A stretch of 32,000 nucleotides of DNA. It comes from Acaryochloris marina MBIC11017. GTDB taxonomy: Bacteria > Cyanobacteriota > Cyanobacteriia > Thermosynechococcales > Thermosynechococcaceae. The stretch is taken from positions 4,080,001 to 4,112,000 of the forward strand of contig NC_009925.1 in NCBI RefSeq assembly GCF_000018105.1, given 5' to 3'. Positions 15,901 through 26,109 of this stretch are shown here, piece after piece. The translations under genes were made by a program, and so were the position numbers. Below the pieces are notes generated by a model. That model worked only from the letters and a program-made list of their open reading frames with translations, searched no databases and was not told where the DNA came from. Each line of letters opens with the position of its first letter. The first letter of the stretch is position 1.

Positions 15901-18626
15901 TTCGAAAGTTCACTCGGTTCAGGCACTGAGTCTTCAGGTAACAAGTCTTTAGCAAGATCTTCTTCAATTGCTGCATCAGGCAGTAAGCTTGTATCGCTAA
16001 TGGGAAAGCGGTTCATGGGCTGCTCTGCGCGTCTGGCATTTTTCTTTAGCTCTTCAGATAGATAGGGGACGTAGGGAATCTGCGAGAGCAAGTCTACCGT
16101 GCGTCGCAGAATACGAACTAAATCTCCTGCATCTAGGCTAGTAGCATCGCAGAGATCGCTCCAACTGATGCCCAAGGCCCATTGCTCGACTAAACCGACT
16201 AAATCAGTATCTAAGCAAACGGGAAAGGGGGCTTCATAGCGGTGTTGGGTTTGAATCAGTTGACGTCGTATAGGGCGTAAGGGCTTGACTGCTTGTTGAA
16301 CTGTCGCGCTAGGACGAAACTTGAGCCATACATCAGGACGGGTATTGTCCACGACCAAGGCAGCACAAACCGCAGCGAGAATATGAGGATCGAGGGTATT
16401 AAGCGCTTGCGACTGGCATGCTAGTCCCAACCAGAGTTCGTTTTCTCCTCTGAAGGCTGCGGTGATTTGACCTAGTTCTGTGGGCCTCAAATCCTCTAGC
16501 CCACGAAATTTCTGGAGGATCTCTACCAATGCCATAAAAGCTTGCCACTGATGTTGAAATTGGCGATTAAATTTTGTCTCTCGATCGTGAAGCTGTCTTT
16601 CTAGGGTTGTTACCCGCCGTTGCCACCTGGCAAACTTACTGTGATCCTGACGAGAAGCATGGGCCGGATGCTGCTGCATTTGAGATTCGACCGCTTGCAA
16701 CCGCTGCTGTTGATGCATTACTTCTGGTGCGGGTTGCCAAGTGCTGTCTGGAACCTGTTCCGCAACCTGAAGGCTAGTGGCATCGCCTTGTTGAGTTTGT
16801 CCTTTTTTCGTTAAGGATGGCGGGACGGTGAGTTGTTGGGCTTGAGTGGGGCGATTTAACTGCCCGTCCAAATGCATCACATCCCCCCGAGCAATTACGA
16901 ACCAGTGGTTATTTTGGCTCAGGCACACCAGATAAGGAAAATGGCCAGGACTGGGGATGTTGGCAACAAAAACACCGGCAATCGGCGTTTTCGATTTAGG
17001 CGGAGTGAAGCTCAATATTGCCCCTGATTCAATATGGTCAAGTATTAAGGTGAGTTCGCTAGCCAGCGTTTCTTGGGCTTGCTGATCCAAAATCTTGAGC
17101 AAACGGAGTTCCTCTTTAAGGCGCTGCTGTAATTTTTGGTAGCTCTTTAAAGCGCCTTCGTCGATGGTGCCAAGTTTTTGCAGCAATAGGGTCAACTCTT
17201 GCTGCAGATCTGCGATCGCTTGTTTCTGAGGTGACAGTTGTACGCTGGCAATATATTGACCGAAGCTTTGATCGATTAATCTTTTCGACTCATCTAGGGT
17301 CCGGGTTTGCAGCAGGTTCAGCACCATGCCGTAGCTTGGTGTGAACTGGCTGACTAATGGATCTGGCCCTATCGTAGCCAGGTAGGCTGCTTCCTTGGCT
17401 CCCTCAAACGGCGTCTGTACCGTAATCACATAGCCTTGAGTATCCATACCTCGCCGCCCGGCTCTACCGGCCATTTGTAGGACTTCAGAAGCGGTGAGTA
17501 ACCGATGGCCTAAATCCGTTCGCTTGGATAAACTGGCAATCACGGTGGTGCGAGCAGGCATATTAATCCCTGCCGCTAGCGTTTCCGTCGCAAATACGAC
17601 TTTGATTAATCCTGCCTGAAAGAGTTCCTCCACCCAAGTTTTCCACTGGGGAAGTAAGCCCGCATGATGAGCCGCGATACCATGGGCGATTGCAGCAAAC
17701 TGTTGGGGCCGTCCCACATCGGGATGCTGCTGTCGAAACGTCTCAATCTGTATCTGCATTTGGGCGGATTCCGCAGGGGTTAGAAGATTGAGGTGAGCGG
17801 TGGATTCGACGGTGCGATCGCAACCCTTGCGACTAAAAATAAAATAAATAGCTGGCAACATCTCCCGCTCTCGTAAATGCTGCAACACTGCGATGACATC
17901 AGGACTATCAGCGCGACGCTGATGCCGATGGCCATGATGTTTTTTCGCCTGGGCTTTTAACCTCGGGTTGAGGGCTGTGTGCTTTTGATTTAGGAGGGGG
18001 AACAGTCCTTTGGCATTCGCGAAGAAATAGGCCAAAGGGACAGGACGCCAATCAGATTCAATAAGTTGAGTGGGACCATGCACCCAGCTCATCCAATCTA
18101 CGAGTTGTTGCGCATTCGCAACCGTTGCCGATAGGGCGATGAGTTGGATGTCGGCAGGGCAATAAATAATAGATTCTTCCCACACCGTCCCTCGCTGACG
18201 ATCATTCATATAGTGACATTCATCTAAAATGACCGATGTCACCCCCTCTAAAGAGGTATTCACCACGTCCGTCAACGTGCCATAGAGGATATTGCGGAAA
18301 ATTTCCGTTGTCATCACCAAAATAGGGGCCGATCGATTCACTGAAAGATCCCCTGTCAAGAGCCCCACTGCCTGGTCCCCAAACATGTGCTGAAAATCTC
18401 TCAGCTTTTGGTTTGAGAGTGCTTTCAGGGGGGTGGTATAAAAAACGCGCTGCCCATGCTGTAAGGCTCGATAGATTGCATATTCACCCACCATAGTTTT
18501 GCCTGAACCAGTTGGTGCTGATACAACTACCGATTGATTGGCATCTAAAGCATTGATGGCTTGTTGCTGAAACTCATCAAGCTGGTACGGGAATAACTGC
18601 TGAAATTCAGGTACTGAAATGGGCAT
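15897..18626 (-). CDS. Ski2-like DEAD/DEAH-box helicase (HelY-type, superfamily 2)
   Basis: 909-aa ORF with an ATG start. Seen motifs are Walker [13 protein letters not shown] (ILDECHYM), SAT (LSATVAN), motif [12 protein letters not shown] and a long helical C-terminal region typical of Ski2/HelY helicases. Confidence 0.85.
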   Translation of the reverse strand: MPISVPEFQQLFPYQLDEFQQQAINALDANQSVVVSAPTGSGKTMVGEYAIYRALQHGQRVFYTTPLKALSNQKLRDFQHMFGDQAVGLLTGDLSVNRSAPILVMTTEIFRNILYGTLTDVVNTSLEGVTSVILDECHYMNDRQRGTVWEESIIYCPADIQLIALSATVANAQQLVDWMSWVHGPTQLIESDWRPVPLAYFFANAKGLFPLLNQKHTALNPRLKAQAKKHHGHRHQRRADSPDVIAVLQHLREREMLPAIYFIFSRKGCDRTVESTAHLNLLTPAESAQMQIQIETFRQQHPDVGRPQQFAAIAHGIAAHHAGLLPQWKTWVEELFQAGLIKVVFATETLAAGINMPARTTVIASLSKRTDLGHRLLTASEVLQMAGRAGRRGMDTQGYVITVQTPFEGAKEAAYLATIGPDPLVSQFTPSYGMVLNLLQTRTLDESKRLIDQSFGQYIASVQLSPQKQAIADLQQELTLLLQKLGTIDEGALKSYQKLQQRLKEELRLLKILDQQAQETLASELTLILDHIESGAILSFTPPKSKTPIAGVFVANIPSPGHFPYLVCLSQNNHWFVIARGDVMHLDGQLNRPTQAQQLTVPPSLTKKGQTQQGDATSLQVAEQVPDSTWQPAPEVMHQQQRLQAVESQMQQHPAHASRQDHSKFARWQRRVTTLERQLHDRETKFNRQFQHQWQAFMALVEILQKFRGLEDLRPTELGQITAAFRGENELWLGLACQSQALNTLDPHILAAVCAALVVDNTRPDVWLKFRPSATVQQAVKPLRPIRRQLIQTQHRYEAPFPVCLDTDLVGLVEQWALGISWSDLCDATSLDAGDLVRILRRTVDLLSQIPYVPYLSEELKKNARRAEQPMNRFPISDTSLLPDAAIEEDLAKDLLPEDSVPEPSELSN
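17212..17219. repeat. HIP1 octamer GCGATCGC
   Basis: Exact palindrome read at these coordinates, inside the helicase CDS. Confidence 0.9.
17814..17821. repeat. HIP1 octamer GCGATCGC
   Basis: Exact palindrome read at these coordinates, inside the helicase CDS. Confidence 0.9.
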
Positions 18627-18705
18627 GCCCGCTCACTCGCTAAGACCAACATTAGGAATAACTCCCTGAGCTTAAGCATAGTCTTTTACCCCGCCAGGAA
18701 CCGCC

Positions 18706-21700
18706 TTATTTGACTAAGACTTCCCCATTCAACATCCGTTGGGCAGCTTCCAGCAAGACTTCTTCCAAATATGGCTTGGTGAAATATCCTTTTGCCCCTA
18801 GCTCTGTAGCCATTTGTTTATGGCGAGCTGCCCCTCTCGATGTCAGCATCGCTACGGGTAAGTCCTGCAGATCATCATCTTGCTGTAGACGAGATAGTAA
18901 CTCTAATCCGTCCATTCGAGGCATTTCCACATCACAGAAGACTAAATCACAGGGTAGTCCAGATCTCAGTTTCTCCCAGGCTTCCTGGCCATCACGAGCT
19001 TGTTCCACTCGATAGCCCACCTTATTGAAAGTCATGGACAGCAGTTCCCTTACCGTGATCGAATCATCCACGATGAGCACCATCGGATCGGTATCTTCTT
19101 CCACCTCTGTGTTTTCCAGAATGCTCTTCCAGAGATTACTGTTCACCTCTAGGCGATCCAAACAGAGATCTACCAGTTCCATCACATCAGCAATGGCCAT
19201 AATGCCACCATCACCCAGCACCGTGACGCCAGCAATACCCATGGGTTTGGGAACTGGCCCCGCTAATTGTTTAATGACTATTTCCTGTTCTGCCAAAACC
19301 TGTTCCACTTCAATGGCGACTAGATCATCTGCGCTTCGCAGAATGACCACCGATGCCATACCATCATCCTTCGTATTACTAGCGTTATAGGATGAACTAC
19401 GCTTAAATCGACGATTATAGGCCAGCAATTCTCCGAGTGGTTTGCAAGGCAACTGCTTATCTTGCCAGGTCACCAAGACTTGACCATCCGCATCTTGCTG
19501 TAACTGTTCCTTCGGAAGATCAATCACATCTTGCACCCCATCAATCGGGAATGCCATTTGTGTGGAATTATCGATACAACATAGAGCCTTCGTGATACTG
19601 AGGGTCAGCGGGAGTCGAATGGTAAACGTCGTGCCCTTACCAATCCCTGAATCCGTATTAATCACCCCTCGAATTTCATGGATACTGTTGCGCACCACAT
19701 CCATGCCTACGCCACGACCCGCCAAATCATTCGCTTGATCCTGGGTCGAGAATCCCGATTTAAACAGGAGGGCGTAAGCTTCTTGGCGAGATAGGTTGTC
19801 AGCCTCATCTTGGGTCAGTAAGTTCTTCTGAACGGCCTTTGCTTTCACCCGCTCAACATCAATGCCAGCACCATCATCCATGATTGAGATAACGGCTTGA
19901 TTCCCCTGATAAAAGGCCCGGAGTTTGATGACCCCTTCTTCAGCTTTACCCAAAGATTGGCGAACGTCTGGTGCTTCAATGCCGTGGAACAGAGCATTGT
20001 TGACTAGGTGTGTTAGCGGATCATATAACCGCTCCAAAATACTTTTATCAATGAGAGTGTCACGACCTTCCAATTCGAGCCTGGCTTTTTTACCACACTT
20101 CATGGAAATATCCCGGACTGCTCTAGGGAGTCGTTCTGCTACTTGAGAGAAAGGAACCATCCGTGACTGTGTCAGGCCTTCCTGCACCTGAGTCGTAATT
20201 TGGCGGAACATCCGCGTAACTTGCTCGGTGCCTCCAACAATAAATTCAATATCCGAAGCAGCTTCACGCACCCGAACAATGCGCTCAATCATCTCTTGGG
20301 ATAAGGTGTGAAATCCCGTGAAACTATCCATTTCTAGGGCATCAAACTGCTGGCCTGTAGAGTGGCCAGAATTGCCATTTCCACCGTTTCCACTGGCAAC
20401 GGCCTGCTGTTGACGACTACTCAACAATGAATTTTCCAACAACGAACGCTCATACAGATCTTCCATATTGCGTCCAAGATCATTTAATTGCTGAACTTGC
20501 AGCAATAAATTATCCAGAAACTGCCGTAAACGATTTTGGCTATCTTCTAGGGAGTTACGACTAACCACCAACTCACCAATTAAGTTCCCTAGATTATCCA
20601 ATTGCTTCACAGGAACTTTCATGGTTTGTGCAATTGCACTCCCCCTTCGCAATGGTTTAGTACCCGTGCGTTTCTGTGGTGCTTTAGCCTGCGGCTTGGC
20701 CTTCGCGGGACGACTTGGCTCTTCTAAGAGTTTTTCAAGATCGTCAAAGTCATCCTCTGACTGGGCCACCGTGGGGGTAGTGGCTTCCTGTGTTGATGTC
20801 TCAGCCAACAAGGTGTCTAAGTTGGCAAAATTAGTGTCTGCAGCAGCAACAGGCTCAGGAACGTCAGCATTAGTGGACGTGTCGAAGTTTAATGCAGGTT
20901 CATTGAACAAGTCATCGAGAAAAGAACCTCCCTTGTCTGCATCTGTTGATGCACTCGTGTCGTCATCTGCAAATATATCTAACCAATCTTCTGTTTCAGT
21001 CTCGGCTGAATCCGTAATTCCCAAATCACCGAAATCCAGTGCAGGCATCAAATCTAGCAGTGCAGGCATCGGCTTTACATCGGCTGCACGTTGGGCTAAA
21101 ACTAAATCTCTAGCTTCCTTAATATTAGGAACGATAACCCCAGCAAGAGTCGCAAAGGAGTTACTTGGATGAGTAACAACAACACCTGCCACTTCCAAGA
21201 GTTCAGACCAGCCTTTGAGTTTAAATTCCTGTCCGACTTGACCCAGATCTTGACAGATTTTAGCTAATGTTTGGCGATTTTCTGGTGTATCAGGTTGTTT
21301 GAATAATCCCAGAATCTCTCGTAAATATTGCAGAATGTCTGTTTGGAAAATTTCAAGACATTGAGCATCCAACACCTCTGGTTCGGCTGTTGTTGTTTGT
21401 GGTTTAGGTGCAGGCGCATCACTTAATAGGGCGCTAATATCAACGCCTGGACCTGCTATCTCAGTCAGATGGCTGTCGATTTCAGCAAAAACCGGGTCGA
21501 TCTCTGATAGGGTCTTGGCTGACAACTCATCCGACAACCCAAAGGATTGCTCTAATTCTTCTGTCAGAATATGGAGAGCATCAAAACTTTTAAACAGTAA
21601 AGACTCTAGCTTCTGATCGACCGGAAGGTCATGCTCTTTCAGCACTTTGAAGTAATCTTCCAAACGGTGAGAAATATGCTGCATGCTGTGAATACCCAGC

Positions 21701-21873
21701 ATTGCTGCCCCTCCTTTCACCGAATGAGCTGCACGGAATACTTCATTCAACGATTCAGGATCGGCAACAACGGTCTGCAAATTCAGCAAACCATGCTCGA
21801 TTGTATTGAGGTGCTCTTTAGCTTCCTCAATAAAGTAGACCATAATCCGCTGTTGTTCTGGCTGCATTACCAT
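18706..21873 (-). CDS. Hybrid CheA-like histidine kinase (Hpt-...-HATPase-CheW-REC), PilL/HmpE-type
   Basis: 1055-aa ORF. The N-terminal Hpt has FRAAHSVKGGAAMLG. Acidic and Ala/Pro-rich linkers follow. The CheA catalytic core has the N-box HLVNNALFHGIE, G1 DDGAGID and G2 GRGVGMDVV. Then come a CheW-like domain and a C-terminal receiver (LIVDDS..., CDVEMPRMDG, TSRG, TKP). An alternative ATG at 21867 has better spacing to the GGGAG motif. Confidence 0.9.
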   Translation of the reverse strand: MVMQPEQQRIMVYFIEEAKEHLNTIEHGLLNLQTVVADPESLNEVFRAAHSVKGGAAMLGIHSMQHISHRLEDYFKVLKEHDLPVDQKLESLLFKSFDALHILTEELEQSFGLSDELSAKTLSEIDPVFAEIDSHLTEIAGPGVDISALLSDAPAPKPQTTTAEPEVLDAQCLEIFQTDILQYLREILGLFKQPDTPENRQTLAKICQDLGQVGQEFKLKGWSELLEVAGVVVTHPSNSFATLAGVIVPNIKEARDLVLAQRAADVKPMPALLDLMPALDFGDLGITDSAETETEDWLDIFADDDTSASTDADKGGSFLDDLFNEPALNFDTSTNADVPEPVAAADTNFANLDTLLAETSTQEATTPTVAQSEDDFDDLEKLLEEPSRPAKAKPQAKAPQKRTGTKPLRRGSAIAQTMKVPVKQLDNLGNLIGELVVSRNSLEDSQNRLRQFLDNLLLQVQQLNDLGRNMEDLYERSLLENSLLSSRQQQAVASGNGGNGNSGHSTGQQFDALEMDSFTGFHTLSQEMIERIVRVREAASDIEFIVGGTEQVTRMFRQITTQVQEGLTQSRMVPFSQVAERLPRAVRDISMKCGKKARLELEGRDTLIDKSILERLYDPLTHLVNNALFHGIEAPDVRQSLGKAEEGVIKLRAFYQGNQAVISIMDDGAGIDVERVKAKAVQKNLLTQDEADNLSRQEAYALLFKSGFSTQDQANDLAGRGVGMDVVRNSIHEIRGVINTDSGIGKGTTFTIRLPLTLSITKALCCIDNSTQMAFPIDGVQDVIDLPKEQLQQDADGQVLVTWQDKQLPCKPLGELLAYNRRFKRSSSYNASNTKDDGMASVVILRSADDLVAIEVEQVLAEQEIVIKQLAGPVPKPMGIAGVTVLGDGGIMAIADVMELVDLCLDRLEVNSNLWKSILENTEVEEDTDPMVLIVDDSITVRELLSMTFNKVGYRVEQARDGQEAWEKLRSGLPCDLVFCDVEMPRMDGLELLSRLQQDDDLQDLPVAMLTSRGAARHKQMATELGAKGYFTKPYLEEVLLEAAQRMLNGEVLVK

Positions 21874-21936
21874 CTCCCTTAGGATGCTGTAAAACGATAA
21901 GTCAAATTGATGATGTCGAAATAAGGCGATGAAGCT

Positions 21937-24459
21937 TTAGAATTCAGTGCCTTCCACTCTGAATCGCTCCACAGAAGATTGAAGTTCGCTGGCAACACTC
22001 ACCATATTTCGCAGGGAGTCGGACACCCGTTGTGCTTCTTGAGAAGTTTCTTGGGCGGTTAATTCAACGGACTGCATAACTTGAGATACATAGCGTGATG
22101 TTTCCGTTTGCTCAGCAGTCGCTTTGGTAATCGAACCCACCAACTGGTTAATTTGGGAAGAGACTTGAATAATGTCATCCAACGAACGCTTGGCTTGTTC
22201 AGCCCGCTGGGTTCCTTCAATAACTTGTTGGGTGCCTTCTTCCATGGCCATCATCACAGAGCTTGTTTCACCTTGAATTTGTAAAACAATTTGCTCAATT
22301 TCTTTAGATGACTTGGCCGCCCGATCGGCTAGTTGACGAACTTCATCCGCAACAACCGCAAAACCACGCCCCGATTCACCGGCCCGAGCGGCCTCAATAC
22401 TAGCGTTCAGGGCCAGTAGGTTCGTGCGTGACGCAATTTGTGAAATTAAACCGACAATTTTGGAAATTTCTTGGGAAGATTCAGCAAGGCGCTTCACTTT
22501 TCGGGTACTTTCAGCCACTGTTTCTCGAATTTGAAGAATACCGGCTACTGTACTTTCTACAGATTCTCCACCCTTTAGAGCAGCCTCAGTTGCTTTTTGA
22601 GCCACCTGGTCTGCAGAACGCGCACTTTCTGCCACCTGTTGAATAGATGAAGTCATCATCTGCACTGAATTGAGTGAGACGGCCAGCTCTTCAGCCTGTC
22701 GTAACGCATCAGAAGATAAGCCCCGGGCAAATTCTTCGTTTTCAGCTGCTCCTTTATTCACTTCCTGGGCAGCTACCTTAACCTGTTTAACAATCTTTTG
22801 GAGGTTATAAATGGTGAGGTTAAAAGAGTCAGCAACTGCGCCTAAAATATCAGCCGTGACTTCGGCTTGAACTGTCAGGTCACCCCGCGCGGCCCCTTCT
22901 ACATCATCCAGTAGACGAATCACTTGTCGCTGCAAGTCTTCTTTAGCCTTTTCCTGTTCTTCTGCTTTGCGCTGCACTTCAGCTGTTGTTGACTCAATAA
23001 AACGAGTCATTTGGTTAAAGCTAGTAGCTAATTGACCAAATTCATCTTTAGAAAACTCAGTAGCCCGAACACTCCAGTCACCTTGGGCTACGGCAGTCAA
23101 TTGAGTTTGCAAATCATTAGTTGAAGACTTGATTTGCCGAGTCATAATTTGTCCAAGGGCTAGGGTCGTCACACCACCGGCCATACCGGCTGCTAGTGCA
23201 CCTGCTCCTGTCGTGGCCGTAGATTGAGAGGTCAGTTGGCCAGCCCCGACCACTGCCAGCGCCGAAACGACTCCCGCAGTGGTCGACATAATAATTTGCT
23301 TTTGCTGCAATGAGGCATTGGTAAAAGGAGCTAAGATTCCCCCTGGTTTTTTGGATAGGGCAGCCCCTTGGCCATCAGAGAAGAAAGCGCTGCCATCTTG
23401 AGAATCCCCTAAAAATCCTGACTGTGATGACGCGGCCAAGTCCGATGAAGGAGGGAGATCATCAATGGCTAGCGCCTGTGCATTCTCCGCTACATTGATT
23501 AATCCGGTATCTCCAATCAAATCCTGTTCATCTTCTGCCAAGTTCAGCAAACTTGGATCCAGATCGAACTCGGTTGCTGGATCAAAGGAATCTATTTCTG
23601 CATCCCCTTCTAAACCATCCATGGATAGTTCTTCAGATAAATCAATCCCAGACATGGGAAATTCAGTTTGATCGATGGAATCTGAGAAATCTAAGTCAGC
23701 AGATTGGATTGTATTCTCTCCTGCCAAATCAAAGGGTTCATCCCAGGCATCAGCATCAGAAGTCTGTATGGTATTGTCTACACCACTAATATCAGTAAAT
23801 TCACTTTGAATAGCATCGCTTTCGGAATCGCTGAAAATACCGGACGGCCGAGTATCGGAACTTTCTGAATCGGATGTTGAATGGTTCTTGTTCATGAGTA
23901 ACGTATCGTCTTCTCCATCAGCAAAACTATCCGAAACCAAGGGCTGTCTGTTAGTATTCCCAGCAACCAGAGGAGCGGACACATAATCATCAAAGGGGTT
24001 TGAATTGACTGCAAATGGGTTGTCATCCGCAGTTGAAGACTCACCATCAGACGTTGTCTGCAGTGAGGATGAGGGCTGGGCAACTCCCGCTTCACCCAAT
24101 TGCGGCTCATTCCCATTCGTCATGGTCAAAGCAGCACTGTTGTTATCGATAGAGGGCATCGGCTCGGAATAGCCATAGCCCGATTCAAGGTATCGAGTTG
24201 AATCCGCCAAGCTGTTGCGAGCACAATCAAGCAACTCCGGATCATGAGTCAACTCTAATACAGACTTATATTGTTGGTTAGCAATTTCGTATTTTTGAAG
24301 ACAACTATATATATGTCCTCGGAGTAATCGCAGATTTGGATCGTCAGGATACTCTTTTACTAGCTGGTCTGTCGTTTCGGCAGCTTCTTGGTAGTGACCT
24401 TTCATATAGTCACTCACTGCTTGTTGATAGTCCTGAGTATATCGAGTACTTAATGACAT
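21937..24459 (-). CDS. Methyl-accepting chemotaxis protein (N-terminal TPR-like, acidic disordered region, TM hairpin, HAMP, MA domain), PilJ/HmpD-type
   Basis: 840-aa ORF with an ATG start. The highly conserved signalling hairpin is [39 protein letters not shown]-like segment follows two hydrophobic helices (aa ~389-407 and ~417-439). No GAF or PAS motif is visible. Confidence 0.9.
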   Translation of the reverse strand: MSLSTRYTQDYQQAVSDYMKGHYQEAAETTDQLVKEYPDDPNLRLLRGHIYSCLQKYEIANQQYKSVLELTHDPELLDCARNSLADSTRYLESGYGYSEPMPSIDNNSAALTMTNGNEPQLGEAGVAQPSSSLQTTSDGESSTADDNPFAVNSNPFDDYVSAPLVAGNTNRQPLVSDSFADGEDDTLLMNKNHSTSDSESSDTRPSGIFSDSESDAIQSEFTDISGVDNTIQTSDADAWDEPFDLAGENTIQSADLDFSDSIDQTEFPMSGIDLSEELSMDGLEGDAEIDSFDPATEFDLDPSLLNLAEDEQDLIGDTGLINVAENAQALAIDDLPPSSDLAASSQSGFLGDSQDGSAFFSDGQGAALSKKPGGILAPFTNASLQQKQIIMSTTAGVVSALAVVGAGQLTSQSTATTGAGALAAGMAGGVTTLALGQIMTRQIKSSTNDLQTQLTAVAQGDWSVRATEFSKDEFGQLATSFNQMTRFIESTTAEVQRKAEEQEKAKEDLQRQVIRLLDDVEGAARGDLTVQAEVTADILGAVADSFNLTIYNLQKIVKQVKVAAQEVNKGAAENEEFARGLSSDALRQAEELAVSLNSVQMMTSSIQQVAESARSADQVAQKATEAALKGGESVESTVAGILQIRETVAESTRKVKRLAESSQEISKIVGLISQIASRTNLLALNASIEAARAGESGRGFAVVADEVRQLADRAAKSSKEIEQIVLQIQGETSSVMMAMEEGTQQVIEGTQRAEQAKRSLDDIIQVSSQINQLVGSITKATAEQTETSRYVSQVMQSVELTAQETSQEAQRVSDSLRNMVSVASELQSSVERFRVEGTEF

Positions 24460-24652
24460 CTGTCTGCTCCTGCCACTGGATGAGTCGAAATGCTAACTGA
24501 AGCGAATAATTTTCGGGGGTGTGATAGAGAATGTTGAAAAAACTATCTGAGATGAATTAAACCACTAAGATTGAACAAAACTTAAGGAATGATTTTGAAG
24601 GTTAACCTCTAGACTTGCCAAGTTTAGCCATTCCCCTTCCCCCTTCTTGGAA

Positions 24653-25180
24653 TTAAGTCGCCCACCGGGCTGATCTCAAAATTGCTTCTGGATCCAATAA
24701 TCGTAAATATTGTTCGGAGTCACCGAGTACCCATTCTCCCTTCAAGAAAGGGGCCATATTGTCTGGTGCACTGAGGGAGGGACTTAGCCTGTCAGCATCA
24801 AGCCAATCCATATCCATCACTTTGTCAACTGCCAGACCCACCGTGATTTCTTGGGATTCGATCGCAATGATCGATATTTCCTGGCAATCTGTATCCAAGG
24901 GTTTAGGATGGCCTAAGAACTGACCAATATCTGTGACCCAAACAACCTGACCTCTCAGATTTAAGACACCCATCAGCACAGGAGAGACATTGGGAATCGG
25001 CGTAATTTGATCGGGGGCTAATGCTAGTACTTCCCGAATACCTTGGGCTGGTAATGCAAATTCTTGGCCTGACTCAATAAAGAATCTTAAGAATAAGTCT
25101 CCTTCAGGATTTTGTAATTCCTGGAGATTGGAAAGCTGATTAGTATCTGTATCTGCAACAATATCTTGGTGACTGACCAT
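24653..25180 (-). CDS. CheW-like coupling protein
   Basis: 175-aa ORF. FLRFFIESGQEFALPAQGIREVL...ITPIPNVSPVLMGVLNLRGQVVWV is the canonical CheW fold signature. Its start lies 6 nt after the upstream CheY stop. Confidence 0.9.
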   Translation of the reverse strand: MVSHQDIVADTDTNQLSNLQELQNPEGDLFLRFFIESGQEFALPAQGIREVLALAPDQITPIPNVSPVLMGVLNLRGQVVWVTDIGQFLGHPKPLDTDCQEISIIAIESQEITVGLAVDKVMDMDWLDADRLSPSLSAPDNMAPFLKGEWVLGDSEQYLRLLDPEAILRSARWAT

Positions 25181-25186
25181 AAGGAT

Positions 25187-25552
25187 CTAACCTTCTAGTA
25201 ATTGCCTAACTATGACTAGTAATTCTCTTGGTTGTATCGGCTTGGTCAGATAAGCATCTGCCCCTTGTTTCATCCCCCAGTACCGATCAAAGTCTTCTGT
25301 TTTTGAGGAACAAATTACAACTGGTACATTTTGAGTTGTTGGGTTAGACTTTATTTCGCGACAAACCTCATACCCATTTTTTCGAGGCATGACGATATCT
25401 AGGACCACAATATCAGGTTGCGTTGATTGGATTTGCTCAAGCGCTTCTACTCCATCTGTTGCGATCAAAACCGTGAGTCCCATGTCTTCGAGAGCATTGC
25501 TCATGAGTTGTCGCTGTGTAATACTGTCATCAACTACTAAAACTTTTTGCAT
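25187..25552 (-). CDS. Single-domain CheY-like response regulator (PilH/HmpB-type)
   Basis: 121-aa ORF. It has the acidic pocket VVDDS, the phospho-acceptor Asp in VVLDIVMP, CSS (Thr/Ser position) and LTKP (Lys). Confidence 0.9.
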   Translation of the reverse strand: MQKVLVVDDSITQRQLMSNALEDMGLTVLIATDGVEALEQIQSTQPDIVVLDIVMPRKNGYEVCREIKSNPTTQNVPVVICSSKTEDFDRYWGMKQGADAYLTKPIQPRELLVIVRQLLEG

Positions 25553-26109
25553 TTATTGCTACCTGACATCTTCGCTAGGGCTACTCACATTTAAGTATTG
25601 GCTGCTACGGTAAAGGTGAAAGTGGTCTGAAGTAATTTGACAAATAGTATCAGTCATTTACCCGAGTAGACTAGCTTCAAACAGAACAGCCAAGAACGAA
25701 GTTATTGAGGGTAATTTCCCCTGCGAACTTAGGATACCCTCCCCTAACATACAATTTGCCAATCTGTGGATTGTTTTGTTCCAGGGAAAGGATCAATTCC
25801 TTAGGAGTAAAAAGACTTGCTCTGTGCATGCAAAGAAGAGCTGCCCTTCTGGGAACTATTGACTTGGGAAGAACTAAGTTCCCTTGTATAGTTGAGCATG
25901 TCTTTGACTGAGAGTGTTGGCTTAAATCTTGAAGTTAGCTAATCTTGAGGAGAAGTTAGGCTTAATGCTTGGAAAACCCTATTGATTCAAAAGCTAAGCT
26001 TTTATACTAAATAGGAGTTGAATGACGTTCAATCGATCGCTAAATTTAGAAAGCTGAACTTTGGATATTGACTAGGCTCAGATGCAAGTAGAAATTGAGG
26101 GTGATAAGT

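Noticed and set aside
20621-21172. 183-aa antisense ORF (plus several shorter ones between 18710 and 21882) inside the CheA-like gene
   Set aside because: It lies opposite the Ala/Ser/Asp-rich low-complexity linker of a clearly real gene. Its Ser/Ala-rich translation is the expected mirror artefact.
25705-25911. 68-aa ORF in the cheY/hmpF-like divergent spacer, considered as a remnant of a PatA-type regulator
   Set aside because: It starts at a TTG and has no receiver-domain (DD...D...T...K) or PATAN-like sequence. It is far too short to be such a regulator.
25704-26102. 9-mer ATTGAGGGT repeated at 25704-25712 and 26094-26102
   Set aside because: It is a single short repeat pair with no flanking similarity. 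It is compatible with chance, or with the second copy simply being the SD region of the HmpF-like gene.
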